A stretch of DNA of 64,000 nt from Botryllus schlosseri (taxonomy: Eukaryota): contig CM119371.1 of the NCBI GenBank assembly GCA_051294905.1, positions 29,700,001-29,764,000 of the forward strand, read 5' to 3'. The position numbers and the translations under genes are program-made. Below are positions 52,189-64,000 of this stretch, in pieces. Within the stretch, counting starts at the first letter, position 1. The number at the start of each line of letters is the position of its first letter. The notes below the pieces were generated by a model. It was not told the origin of the DNA and ran no database searches. It worked only from the letters and a program-made list of their open reading frames with translations.

Positions 52189-53708
52189 CAATGTTCCCTC
52201 TAATTTTTCAAGAGTCTGCGCAAACACGCCAACTCACTGCGCAGGCTCTCGGACAACAGTGCGCAACCACCCTCCAATAGGGTGATACCACTAGCTACTG
52301 GTGGACTTCGCCCCCCAGACCCCCCTACGGCTCTAGGCTTCTTCCGGTACTTATCATGTACATCGGCTGCCCATTTAGTAGTGGTGTCCCTAAACGCGCG
52401 AAGCGCGAAAATTTTCTATAATTCATGATTGCATCGGCCAATATGATCGGGAATTGCATATATATTGCTATCAATTTTTATCCTCTTCCTGCTCACATAA
52501 TCAGATTTACCGGTAGAGCTGATCCAGTGAGGTGTGTTGGAATAGATAGGCGCTCTAAATAATAATAAAACATCTTCGGGCGTACCCGTTGATATAATTA
52601 CTTCATTACATGATGCTATTTCGTGACCCCCTATCTGCTATATCAAAAGATATTGAAATCGCCAAAACGTAATAAAGTAAAAGACGTACACGATTTCAAA
52701 TTGGTATTTCTTAACTGGAAAATAAAGTTCCCTCGATATGGCATTTGTCTTGTTGTGGGACTCGGATCGCCAGGACAGGAACATTCGGCACCAGCCATTT
52801 AGGCGTGCATGGACATGGACAATTGGACATATATTTGTATATATCGAAGTTTTCGGTCAGCACCGGGGCAGTCTTGTTCGCCCAAGGTTTTCTCGCTGCT
52901 GATCGTTCTGGCGCAGTTCTTGGATTCGCATGTTACATAACCTTTAACTTCATATGTCTTGGCGCGTCGTGGTGCGGTAATGGCCGACGCCCAACTGCCT
53001 ATTTCTATAAATCATGCCTAATTTTTGTTCGGAAAGGGTACCCAATAATCAGATATCTTACAAAAATAAAACGCGCGTAGCGCGAAAAATAATTCCTGTA
53101 AAATTTAAAAAAATGCACCATAATTTATGTTAATTCTCGAAATAATTTTGGACCCCCTTCAAGCTCGTTCCCTCCAATTGGGGGGTTGGGGTGCGAAAGT
53201 TACGGTCCTGAGTAAATCTTACGCAATGTTCATGCCACGCGAAGAAGACTATCATTCGTTAGTTTCTCCCAAATTAACTTCGAGCTAGCCCATTGTTATT
53301 TATAACTTTGTTAAACCATGTTATTTCGGCATTCCCAGAAAATAATGCACTATTGGAATGATATCAGTATCGCTCACGTGTACGAGGCCATACTAAAAAA
53401 ATATCTTCCGTGAGGCGCAGGTGATTGCGTGAACTCTAATTTCTTCACGGAGTGCAATATAGTTAACTTTGCGGGGCGCACTTGTACCTCGGTTTCAGAC
53501 TTCAGTGATACCACTATTTGGCCCTGGCAATGTTCCTTTTTAATTTTCACGAATCTGCGCGCCTGCGTGGTCCATTGGACAACAGTGCGCAACAACTATA
53601 AAAAAAAACATCATTTCTGATTTTTTGTGCGCAGCGTAGATATTCTGTGCGCAGAGACCGTTTCAGCACTGCGCATTTGCGCACGTGCGCAGCTTAGAGG
53701 GAACATTG
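52189..53708. mobile_element. hAT-type element (CAATGTTCCCTC family) carrying an inverted family-A copy
   Basis: TIR CAATGTTCCCTCTAA / TTAGAGGGAACATTG; perfect TSD TTCACAAG; TGCGCA repeats; ~52290-53210 is reverse-complement family A ending GTTACGGTCCTG. Confidence 0.92.
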
Positions 53709-53723
53709 TTCACAAGTGTAATT

Positions 53724-54784
53724 TTAGTCCAGTGGTGCATTCAAGGCCTTCCGGAGAATGTGCACAGTGTCCAATAGTGTGATCTTTTGGATCATGTCAA
53801 ATCGAACGTTACCCGGAATTTCTTGGATATGTCTCATGAGGTTTTTGCTTACGACCCCTGTAGCGCCAATGAATATCGGTACAATGTTTATTTTGCAGCG
53901 CCACATTTCTCACATTCCATTTTGATGTCTGCGTATTTGGAGTATTTTTCTGATTCTTTTTGCAGTATGTTGTGATCAGCTGGGACAGCCAGTTCAATGA
54001 ATAACAATTCTCTTTTCTTTTTTAGTTTGACGATTTTACCTAGGCGGTTGCTCCTGATTTCGCGGTCAGTTATAACTGGTACATCCCACAGAATTTTTAC
54101 TTGTTCGTTTTCTGTCACCGGTGCTGGTACCAATTTTTCGTCGAAGTGGTGATGTTGAAATGTTCGCATAATTCAAGATGAAAGTAGTGACCAATCATAT
54201 TGTGTCTCTATGTGTATTCGGTAGCTGCAAGTGCACCACAGCCGGACATGAGATGTGCTACAGTTTCATTTTGGTTGTGGCATATTCTGCATTCGCCGTC
54301 CGTGCTTTGTTTCAGAATTATTTTGCGGTAATATTTTGTAGGAAGCGATTGGTCTTGTGCTGCGAAAATGAATCCTTCGCTTGCCTGTTTCAGGCCAGAG
54401 TTGGATAGCCAGGTCCATGAAAGCTCGTCTACATGGGGCTGGGAAGTTAACTTCTTGTGCTCTCCGTGAAGAGGCATTGACTCCCATATCGTTTCTCTCA
54501 TTTTGAGTGTTGCGTTTTCGTGCTGCTTTTTGCTATTGTTGTGGGTTTGGCAACAGTGTTTTCAGCAGTGTACAGGTTAGTTGTTTCTATGTTGACTTCT
54601 CTGGCGTACTTGTCATATCGGTAGCTCAGAGATTTCGTTTTGCGCTGTTTGTCTTCTTGTGCAATTAGTTTGCAGTAAACGTTATCGCTGTTGTTGACAT
54701 ACTGTGACAAGCCGATGATTTCTGTTTTGAAAGTTTGTTCAATTTCTTGTAGTCCTCGACCGCCTTTTTTCTGGGGATGTACAG
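53724..54784 (-). mobile_element. R4/Dong-like non-LTR retrotransposon, 3' part (CCHC finger + restriction-like endonuclease), frameshifted
   Basis: GGRGL, EGFIFAAQDQSL, CRICHNQNETVAHLMSGC, ILWDVPVITDREIRSNR, LFIELAVP, EKYSKY, IVPIFIGATG. Confidence 0.9.
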
Positions 54785-54799
54785 TAAGGTTATGATGAC

Positions 54800-57321
54800 C
54801 AGACATGGGGTAATCGTGATTAGTAATCGTAATCGATTACGACGATTACAGCATCGCAATCGATTACATTCGAAAAAATTCCGAAGTAATCGTAATCGTA
54901 TTCGACTACTTCCCATATCTAATCGATTTCTCCGTGAAATAACGATCACTTTTTATTTGTACAAGGACTATGACATAAACTGAACATTCGTGAACAAGGA
55001 AAAGATGTTATACCAGGTTCGTGACAGCACAAACGTCGCCACTGCTCATTATTACGTCAGAAGCAGCCTACCAGCTTTGCGCGTCGTTGCGTAAGAAGTA
55101 TCCACAGTAAATAGATATCCGATGTATACCTACGTCGGCCATTAGTCTGATTGTAAGAACACCCGCCGTGCTGTATATCAGGTTATCAACGCGTTCCACA
55201 CGCCACTACCTCGCAGCAGTATAATTTATCTCCGCTCTGCCTATAGTTTAAAATAGTAACTTATGTGTTGATGTTTGGTTATGGTTATGCTTATGCTTAG
55301 TTAAGCGCAGTTTGACCGTTGCTGCTTGGCGAGCAGTAGGCCTATCCAGTACGTACGTACACCGGACAAAGATTTGAAATTTTGTACTCGTCAAATAAAA
55401 CATTGCGGTTTCCACAACGAAGCAGTAAAAATCAACAGCTGGTGATATATATATCATAAGCGAGCCGTTTTGCCATTTCTCGTAACGGCAGCTTGCAGTA
55501 CAATATCTGTATTAAGTTGAAGGCAGAATTTTATGTTCGCTTCGTCTTATTCTCATATGACTCTACTTGAAACGGGCGCTTTTCGTTATTTCATAGTTCT
55601 TTATTCAACATTGGCACCTGCCGCCATGGCCATGGGCTTATATATCATGATAGCGCGGGTTGTAGCTGGAACCACGACCAAAACAGCAATTCGTCCCCCA
55701 GTCCAAACGTTGGTCTTTGGCCCCCGTAGGGTGGTAATCTCAAGTTGAAGACTGAATTTCGTCAAGAAATTTAGTAATTGCAATATATTACTATTAATTT
55801 CTAATCCTATCTCAGCCCGCGATGGTCAGATATACCTGTAGAGTTTATTCGTTTGAGGTAATCATGGTGTTTGTCGACTACCACAGACATTTACACCAGG
55901 CCGATTTTATGCATTTTCGATTCCGTATCTGCCGACTTGTAGCACGGCCCAATTCTAAGCTTTTGTAAGACACCGCTTACGTGGATGAGGCGGCGAGGAG
56001 GAGCCTAGATAAACTTCCAACGCTTAGGTAGGAATTCCGAAGTCGACCTCGTTCAGAGTCGAACCCGCAACCCATTGGTGTTGCAGCCGTGGATTATACC
56101 ACTGTGCTATGTCGCCACACAATTACCTACCTGTAGAGCTGGGGCAACGGAATTCATAATTATGACCTCTGGTTTCTTGTTATAATTACTTTAGTGTATG
56201 TTCTAAATTCGTGAACTCCGGTTTGTTATATAATCAAAAGATATTGTAGTGGCTCAAACGTAGCAGACTAAAAGAAAAACTTTCGTGAGACGCATAAACA
56301 AATTGTCGTGTCTATATATCTGACTGAATGTAGAGCAACTAAAGTTGTAAATTACTATAGGGTCAGTGGCTACATTAACTACAATAGGACTTGAAAACAT
56401 TTTCATCATGGTTAAAAAGCATTCATTCAATGCGGCCGTTGAACTTAACAATTAAGTCAAATAATCCATTGGTTTGCTGGTCAGATAGCGTTATAAAACG
56501 TGTTGTAACACCACCTGCACTTAATTAAGTCTGGTGATGAGCAGACTTAAATTTTAGTGCCGATCCAGACGCATTTGAGTGTGAGCATACTTTTTGACGT
56601 GAGTGAGAGTAACGTAATCGTTGCTGAGTAGAGAATCGCTACTCGACACCAAAGGAATTGGTCTTCGCCCTAAATTATAAACTCCAGATTCCAAGCAAAG
56701 CAAGTGGAATTTTTGAATATCAGTTTTTTTGTTATAGATTGATTTTTAATTATTTTTGTTGGATTTTTCAACGTCAAGAGGAGCCGCAAGTTGGCGAGCT
56801 GAGAGCCACATGCGGCTCTCGGACCCGCGGTTGGCAATCATCGATCTAGAGAGGATTTTCAAGTTAATTAGATCTCTCGAAAATACTCTATAACTTATGT
56901 TGGTTTACTAAATACTTTTTGAGTCCCCTTCGAGCTCGCTCACCACCCTATTGGGAAATTTGGGGTGCGGCAGTTATGGCACTGGCAAGAATGCAAATCG
57001 TTGGGCGCGATAAATTGCCCTATATGAAAATGGGCAATGGATACATTATGACGTAACAAACAAATGGCGCATCTTTTTAATGGGAGTTTGTTATCTCATT
57101 AGGCCTTTTCAGCGCAATTCATATATTGTCTTCCAACATAGCTTCTAAGATGCAAAATAAATGTAATCGTGAGTAATCGTGATTACTTTTCCAATGTAAT
57201 CGTAATCGTAATCGACTACTTCCTGATTTTGCTGTAATCGTAATCGTAATCGTTATCGCGTCATTCAGAAGTAATCGTAATCGCAATCGATTACATTCAT
57301 GAAGTAATCACCCCATGTCTG
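54800..57321. mobile_element. hAT-type element with GTAATC arrays, inserted within the left TIR of 54785-59096
   Basis: TIR CAGACATGGGGT / ACCCCATGTCTG; target GTTATGAC intact on the right, altered (GTTATGATGAC) on the left. Confidence 0.88.
55844..56127 (-). mobile_element. tRNA-derived SINE (second family)
   Basis: Minus strand A box TAGCACAGTGG, B box GGTTCGACTC; 11-bp TSD TACCTGTAGAG (55833-55843, 56128-56138). Confidence 0.82.
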
Positions 57322-58320
57322 GTTATGACTAAAAAAAAATTCAAAATTTTGTGTGTCCTGTAGTCACAAACGATGAACTTTTGTGTCCTGATTTCAAAAT
57401 TAACAAACGTTAAGACTGGTTGAACAAAATGCTACCGCACAAACATTTTCCAGTTTTCACTGTATGAAGGATAGGCTTTTTGGAGATACAGACTTAACAA
57501 TATATATACCGACTTATTTGAATTTAACTGACACAATTCCAATTGCGAAGATTTAAAATAGTATTTTGGTAAATTCTGATTGCCCAGATTGAATTAATAT
57601 GATCGTTTTACTGCTTACATACAATATTAAGTAATTATTAAATAATTATTAATTTTTATTTTAGATGTAGACTGTATATATCGTATAATTTCAATTTGTC
57701 TGACACAAATCCAACTGGCTGTTCGAAAAGGCGAAAGTAGAACAACTCAACATATTTTCAGCGGTCTAGAAAACCGATTCGAGGAATTTGATGAATATTT
57801 GAAAATGCCATAGCATGTGTGACTCATTACCTGGTGATACTGGGCGGCGGCATGTCGTTGTGAAACTACAAATTGCAATGATGAGCAAGGGTTTTTATAA
57901 ATCACAATACATTGGTTGCCAACATAATATTATCGATTCTTAAAGCATATGTCAGAGTTCTTCAATCCAACATCCTCTACAAATCCAACTCTCAGCTACA
58001 AATTTGGAGATGATATGGTAAAACACTACGAAAACTTGGCACAAGCTACCAAGCCATAATTTCAAATAAAAAATATTAGAAAACCGAGGATGGAGTCGTG
58101 ATTTTAAGTTTATCTATTTGCTGTGCAGAGCGTGTCGCTCTTTCAGAGAAAATAGTAGATTACCACTAACAGCTTCAGCTTCCATCATCTACGCAATGCG
58201 AGATGGAGCTCAAGGGTATAATTCCGTGCTGCCAAGTCTCTTTAGATATCATGCTTATTCATCGCCAATGCGTGTCAGGAAGCTTGGTATTCTAACCAGA
58301 TGTCTATAGATAGAATATAC

Positions 58321-58720
58321 TGTAGCCCAACCTATTATCGGTTCGCCGATAATATCGGGACGATATCACACTTAAAGAATCATCGGTATCGGCCATTGAA
58401 GCTGAAAATTTATCGGCAACTTTAGTTACGTCACTACATTTCGGTAGGAAGTCACAAAACTATCACCTTTGACCGCTAGACTGAGAATATTGATGTCACA
58501 TAGCTTAAACTTAACAGGTGTCCAGATGTAGCCTTTCTAGTTTATTTCATATTCAAATATAACAATGGCCGTGAAGATGTTCAAATAAATGCTCTGGAGG
58601 TTTGAAAATGTGCTTATATATATCCAACTTCTTTTGAATATCGGCTGAATGTATTGCGGTTCTCGGTCAAGGTGTAAGATATCGGTATCGACCAAGAAAT
58701 TCGATATCGGTCGGGCTCTA
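58321..58720. mobile_element. hAT-type MITE with ATATCGG repeats
   Basis: Right end CGATATCGGTCGGGCTCTA, degenerate left end TGTAGCCCAACC; TSD GAATATAC / GAGTATAC. Confidence 0.78.
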
Positions 58721-59096
58721 GAGTATACCACAGATTATTTGCTGCTATCTTTGCGCTCGAATGTCCTGCAGCGATAAAGTGCCTTAAAATCCAATTGGAA
58801 GTCGGATATGTCCGTTGTAGATGTCCCTGGAACTAACATAATAACAGAAAGGGAATTCAAATTGATGAATGAACTTTACCAGAAGTGCAAAGGGACATAT
58901 ATATGAAGATTAAATTTGTAGCAAAGAATACCTTTGAATTGTAATTTCTTCTATATTTGGACCAGTGTCGAAAATTGAAGTTAATTTGTGCGGGACATTT
59001 TTTCGATTTGATCAAAATGATTACAATTTTATTAATTTATACCAAAATGTTCCTTAATTCCTGCTACAGACAATTTTTTTTCTAGTCATAACCCTA

Positions 59097-61633
59097 ATGT
59101 ACAGTCTTTGTGTATCAGATTTTTGGTGATGCATGTGGTGCATTGTCATCAGTTTTCCCGTCTTTGTTTTCAATTTTTCGATGCCATCTTTGCGCCAGTT
59201 CACCACACCAAAGCTATATCTCAAGACAGGCACTGCAAGACTGTTTATGGCATTGATTTTGTTTTTGGAATTGGGTGCAGTTTTGAGGATTTACTTGAGC
59301 CTGCTAATGTATTCTTTTTCTAGACTTGATTTCATTGAAGCATGTTTAATGTTGTCGCTTTCACATATCCCTAGATATTTATAGTGATCTTCAGCATTCA
59401 ATTCTGTTATGGTTTCGCCCATTTTGAAGTTCATGTCGCCAGTGCTGGTGCACGTCGTATGGTAAGTTTTGAACATTTATCCAAGCCAAATTTTATTTTT
59501 ATATCTTCAGAAAACTCACGAACAATTTTCATTTGGTTATTCAGGTCCGCATCGGATTTCGCATACAGTTTCAGATCATCAATGAACAAAAGGTGATGAA
59601 TCTTTTGACCTTCAGAGTTTGCTTCTTTTTTCATCACGTATCCTGTTTCATGTTTTTCCAGTAACTCACTGAGTGGAGCTAAGCTGAGGCAGAATAGAAG
59701 TGGCGAGAATGAGTCGCCTTGAAAAATACCATTGCGAATATGAATTGTACAGGTTTTTGTTTCACCTTGGTCATATTTGATCAAGAGTTTTGTATGCCAT
59801 TTTTTCATCGAGTTTTCAATAAATCTGATGATTATCGGATTCATTTTGTACATACGTATTGTTTTCAGTATCCATGTGTGAGGGACTGAATCGAAAGCTT
59901 TTTTTGTAGTCTATCCATGCCATGCTGAGGTTAGTGTGTCTCCTCCTGCAGTTTTCAAGAATGGTTTTATCAAGGAGCAGGTGGTCCTTACAGCCAAGGG
60001 CGCCTTCCTTGCATCTTTTCTGCTCGATCAGGCGGGAGAAGGTTTTCTAGGTGTTTGTAGCTTCGTTTTGCCAGTATTTTGGTCAGTGTTTTGTACATGG
60101 TTGTCAGGCATGTTATCGGCCTGTAGTTCTTGGGGTCCCTGGTATTCTCATTTTTTGGAATAAGATAGGTGATCTCTTATGTGAACCAGGCTGGATCTCG
60201 TGCGAGTTGGTTGAGGATAATAGCTCCGTGTAGGTTGCCGCTAGGTATTTATGTGTTGCAGTTAGTTGTTTTAGCCAAAAGTTTTTGATCTGGTCAGGAC
60301 CAGCTGCTTTCCAGTTCAGTGAACTTTTTAGGGCCTCCTTGATTTCTTGATTTGTGATTTCTGACCTTTGTTGTTCTGGTGTTTGTAGGTGGTCAGTCTG
60401 AAGGTCTTTTATCCAATTTGCATTTGAGTTGTGCAATTTTTTGGTTTCATCATATTTTCTTCCAAAATGATTCCGCATCTGCAGTGGCTGGTATTGTGCT
60501 GCTGGTAATTTTGTGGTTTGACTGCTGTTTCATCATTCGGAAAAATTGGCCAGGTTTGCGAGCAAATAACAAGTTTTGGCGATATTGCGTTTCTCGTTTT
60601 TTATATCGTTTCAATCGTTGTGCTTTGGCGCATATTCTCATTTTTAATTCTTCTTGCAACATTGTCACTTTTTCTGTTGACTGCAGGTTGGTTTGATGCT
60701 CCAGTTCAATTCTTTTTAATTTATTTTTTACTTTACGGGAAACATTTCCTTTTTTAGTTCTGAGAGTATCGTAACATCATTGTGATTTTATTTTCAATTC
60801 TACGTTGCCAAGCTGGCGTATGGCTTCCTCTTTTTTGTTGACAGGTCTTGGTATTTTGCAGTGCCTTTATGAGATCACTGCTGCATTGCTGTAAATGAGG
60901 TTGTTGATTGTTGTTAAGGGACATTGTGGCCTTTCTCCATGTTTTTCATTTAGAATTGCAGGTATATAGTATGGTTTCTGTCAAAATCTTGTTCGCTACT
61001 GCATTATCAGTTTTCAATTTCTTTGTAATTTGTAGGTCAGGTAAATTCACTCTGTCATTTATATCCACTGTGAAGTTCATTCGGTCGATGATTTGATATT
61101 TAATCTCCAATTCTAATTCCGTGTCCATGTCGTCGTCGTTAGGGGCTGTGGCTGTTGGTCGGGTGCCCAGTGGTGATTTGTAATTCTACTTCTGTGATGT
61201 TCGGGTCGTCAAGTGTTTGTTGCAGATTCAGGTCATTTTGGCCGAATTGAAGTTCTAGTGCCACAGAATTTGTTATGTTTTTGCTACAAATTTCGCTCTC
61301 GATTTCTGCGAGTTCTTGTTCTGATAATTGTTTTATTACACACCGTCTCATAGTTGCCAGGGTATTGGCAGTCATGGTTGGAGAGTTGTTTGTTATCTCT
61401 TTCCATTTTTGAAAAGTTCCTTCGGTTACTCCTGCCGAGTTTTCAAGTTTAGCGAGGAAATAACATCTCATTATTTCTTTATACTCTTCTTTACTCCATC
61501 TGTGTCTCTTCTTTTTTTCTTTTGCAGCAGAGCTGTTTTGTGAGCCACAGTTTGGTGTTGTACCGGCGCCATGTTGAGAGATATCTCCTCTTTGGTGTTC
61601 CTGTGTGGTCGGAGTTGACGAGTACCCTTGCAA
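59097..61633 (-). mobile_element. R4/Dong-like non-LTR retrotransposon, 5' part (N-terminal region + reverse transcriptase), frameshifted
   Basis: RHRWSKEEYKEIMRCYF N-terminus; [76 protein letters not shown]. Confidence 0.92.
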
Positions 61634-61649
61634 TGTAATTCAACCTCCG

Positions 61650-62345
61650 CTATATACGAATAAAAAAATAAAGGATTCTACGACATGATAGCACGAATTC
61701 AGCCACAAGGGTTAATAGCTCGGGCTGGACCAAGAGGTTGTAAGTTGTGAATGGAATGTGACGATTACGGCATGACTCAATGAGAAAGGACCGTTGAAAA
61801 TCATATCTTGCACAATTCAGTAGAAAATGGTCGATGGGTTCGGCAGTATTACAATGAAGACATAGCGGAGTACCTGAACATCCTATTTTTAACGAATGTG
61901 CGTTAAGCCTACAGTGGCCGGAGCGCGGACGGAACATGATGACCTCAAATTGCCGACATGCATGCATTGACGGGAATTAGTTGAAATGCAACTATGGAAA
62001 CGCTTATAATGCACCCCCTTATCTTCACATGCGTACAGGTCCTGCCAGAGAGTTCGCGAATATTGGCGGACAAGTGACTTAGCTTCTCCGGTGGTCACGT
62101 CAGGGACCTGGCGATTGGAGCCAGACAAAGCCGCAGATGTTGCTTCGCGGCCGGCGATCTTGTTGCCATGGATACCTTTGTGACTGGGAATCTTCCAGTT
62201 ACCCGCTCAAACAAGGGGAAAAACTTGTTGAAGATATCTGTCGGCGAAGTGAGAGGGTTGGACATCGTGTTCAACACACTAAGCGAGTCTGAAAGAATCA
62301 CATATTTGTCTTCTTCGCATCCATCATCGGCAACCCAGGACAATG
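61650..62345 (-). mobile_element. 5'-truncated LINE 3' end with RNase H remnant and CCHC finger (I-group-like)
   Basis: YVILSDSLSVL (RNase H), LWQDLY, RSGHCRLNAHSLKIG...CLHCNTAEPIDHFLLNC; frameshifted. Confidence 0.85.
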
Positions 62346-63228
62346 CCTGAAGAATCGCATTGATAGATCAAAGATGATATTAAATCAAAGTATTCAAAAT
62401 AATATTGAAAAGAGCGGCCATAATTAATGTCTGTAGATCGTTTAATTTGATTGCGTAAAAACTCCGATTTCAGTATTTTGTCAAAAATAATCATGTGCAA
62501 TGGTAGCACGTAGTATATGGATATTTTAACGATTTTGATGTATAATGCCTTCTATTACCAAACTAGAGCTAAGCTTCAAACGTTCCTTACCAGCATAAGC
62601 TAAATTAGAAACCAATGCCTCCTTCCGCGAGACTTTCAAACTTGCATTTCTTCACGGGACGAACAATTGTTTCTCTATCAGTCGCAGGTGTTCGCCAATA
62701 AAATAATTCAATAGAGTATTGTTGGGCTGCCATAAAATGCGTTTCTCTAGTGTGATATTCGCCGAAAATGTGTCCTAATTGAGTATACTCGTACTGGCTA
62801 CTTCGACATTATAAGCCAGTTCGATTTCAATCCTTGTTACTTCGATCCAGAGTCAACGCACATCTCTGCCACATTGGCTGATCGGACTCACCATTGTGCG
62901 AGCATTGCGGCGAATTAGAAACGGTCGAACACTACTTTATGACCTGCTCACATCTGACTGAGATAAGAAGAAAGCTATGACGCATCTCTCATACAATGAG
63001 CGTCCGTTTCCAGCTATATAACCCTTCAACGGACAACAACACTGTAGCCGACCTACTGGAATTTATACGGGAATCAAATTGTCACATGTAACAACTCGCT
63101 CATCTTGTGTGTTTATGAAATTTCTTGGAATCGTATTGTTCAAAATATCTCAATCGCAGTTGTTCAAAAGCCTCTGACGCGAAAAGCAGCACTAAATGTT
63201 TTATACATATTAATAACATAGTCAACAC

Positions 63229-63377
63229 AAATTGTCCCTACAATTTTGACTAGTCTGCGCACATTCACCAACTTACTGCGCAGACCCTTGGACAACAATG
63301 CGTACCTACTAAAAAGGGTCACCACTTCGGATTTTTTGTGCGCATTTGCGCACGTGTGCAGCTTAGAGGGAACATTG
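63229..63377. mobile_element. Short MITE of the CAATGTTCCCTC family
   Basis: Right TIR TTAGAGGGAACATTG; TSD GTCAACAC on both sides. Confidence 0.8.
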
Positions 63378-63383
63378 GTCAAC

Positions 63384-64000
63384 ACACACTTTGGTGGCAA
63401 GAAAGTTTCAACGCTCTAAGGTATTTGGATGTTGCTGAATCCAAAAATGACATTAGATTTTCCGAGTTGGCTCTTATTTGAGATATTCCATAATTTATAT
63501 TGGTGTCATGTGACAACTAAAGTGAGTACTCGACAATGTACATGTGGTTACCAGTAGAAATAAACTGCAGCTTATCAGAATGATGCTTCTACTGCTACAC
63601 TCCCATCACCTCGTATACTGTGTGATGCTGTACAGTTTGTAGAAAGCTGAGGAAATCACTCATAACGGTATAGATAACAGTACAGCAACATGCTGTATAG
63701 AGGCTGCAGCTAAATAACTTGTGCTGTCCAAAATGGAGTGTTTTCAATGTTTTGTTTCTGAAGTAACGGGGTGCTGCAATAGCAAATAGACATAGTGGAG
63801 CATCTGGTCCAGAATAAGTTATGCATTGGCTTAAGAGACATTTCCAATATGCATGTTACTGATACTTCGTTTCACATTTGGCAGTTACTAAAGTTAACGA
63901 TTTTTCTTTTTTGTTTTAAAATATAAAATATCAATATATATATAAAAATAGAGTCAATTCAAAGAAACGAATGTCATTTTTGGTCTCAGCAGCCCCAAAA
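63384..64000. mobile_element. TIR element running off the window
   Basis: TTTGGATGTTGCTGAATCCAAAAATGACATT (~63425) is inverted relative to AATGTCATTTTTGGTCTCAGCAGCCCCAAAA (63970-64000). Confidence 0.55.

Larger units (their letters stand above)
54785..59096. mobile_element. hAT-type element inserted into the LINE ORF
   Basis: Termini TAAGGTTATGA / GTCATAACCCTA; perfect TSD ATGTACAG (54777-54784, 59097-59104); removal restores DTQRLYIPRK. Confidence 0.9.

Noticed and set aside
56050..56120. tRNA gene
   Set aside because: Same reasoning; it is the head of a TSD-flanked SINE.
57720..58830. Transposase gene in the 54785-59096 element
   Set aside because: Only short patches (e.g. SGLENRFEEF) look coding; too degraded to call.

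Overview
This is AT-rich eukaryotic (invertebrate) genomic DNA. The short GT-AG introns, two-LRR exons and DECLC-type LDLa exon suggest a tunicate or similar marine invertebrate, which is an inference. There is no prokaryotic operon, CRISPR array, rRNA or true tRNA gene. Most of the window is nested transposons. These include about 25 non-autonomous hAT-type elements (most with readable TIRs and 8-bp TSDs), a 1.66-kb foldback element with mirrored transposase remnants, and a miniature LTR element (TRIM) with a MITE inside its 5' LTR. There is also a decayed R4/Dong-like non-LTR retrotransposon split by a multi-level insertion stack, the 3' end of an RNase H-type LINE, two tRNA-derived SINEs and an ~80-bp satellite with a 238-bp higher-order period. 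Host genes survive only as remnants: a frameshifted multi-exon NLR-type LRR gene (+, ~18.5-22.8 kb), an intact phase 1-1 LDL-receptor class A exon (-, 49.5 kb), and weaker decayed Cys-containing coding segments on the minus strand. I found no clear new biological system. The best leads are the foldback element, the TRIM, the recurrent cargo element shared among MITE families and the decayed receptor cluster.
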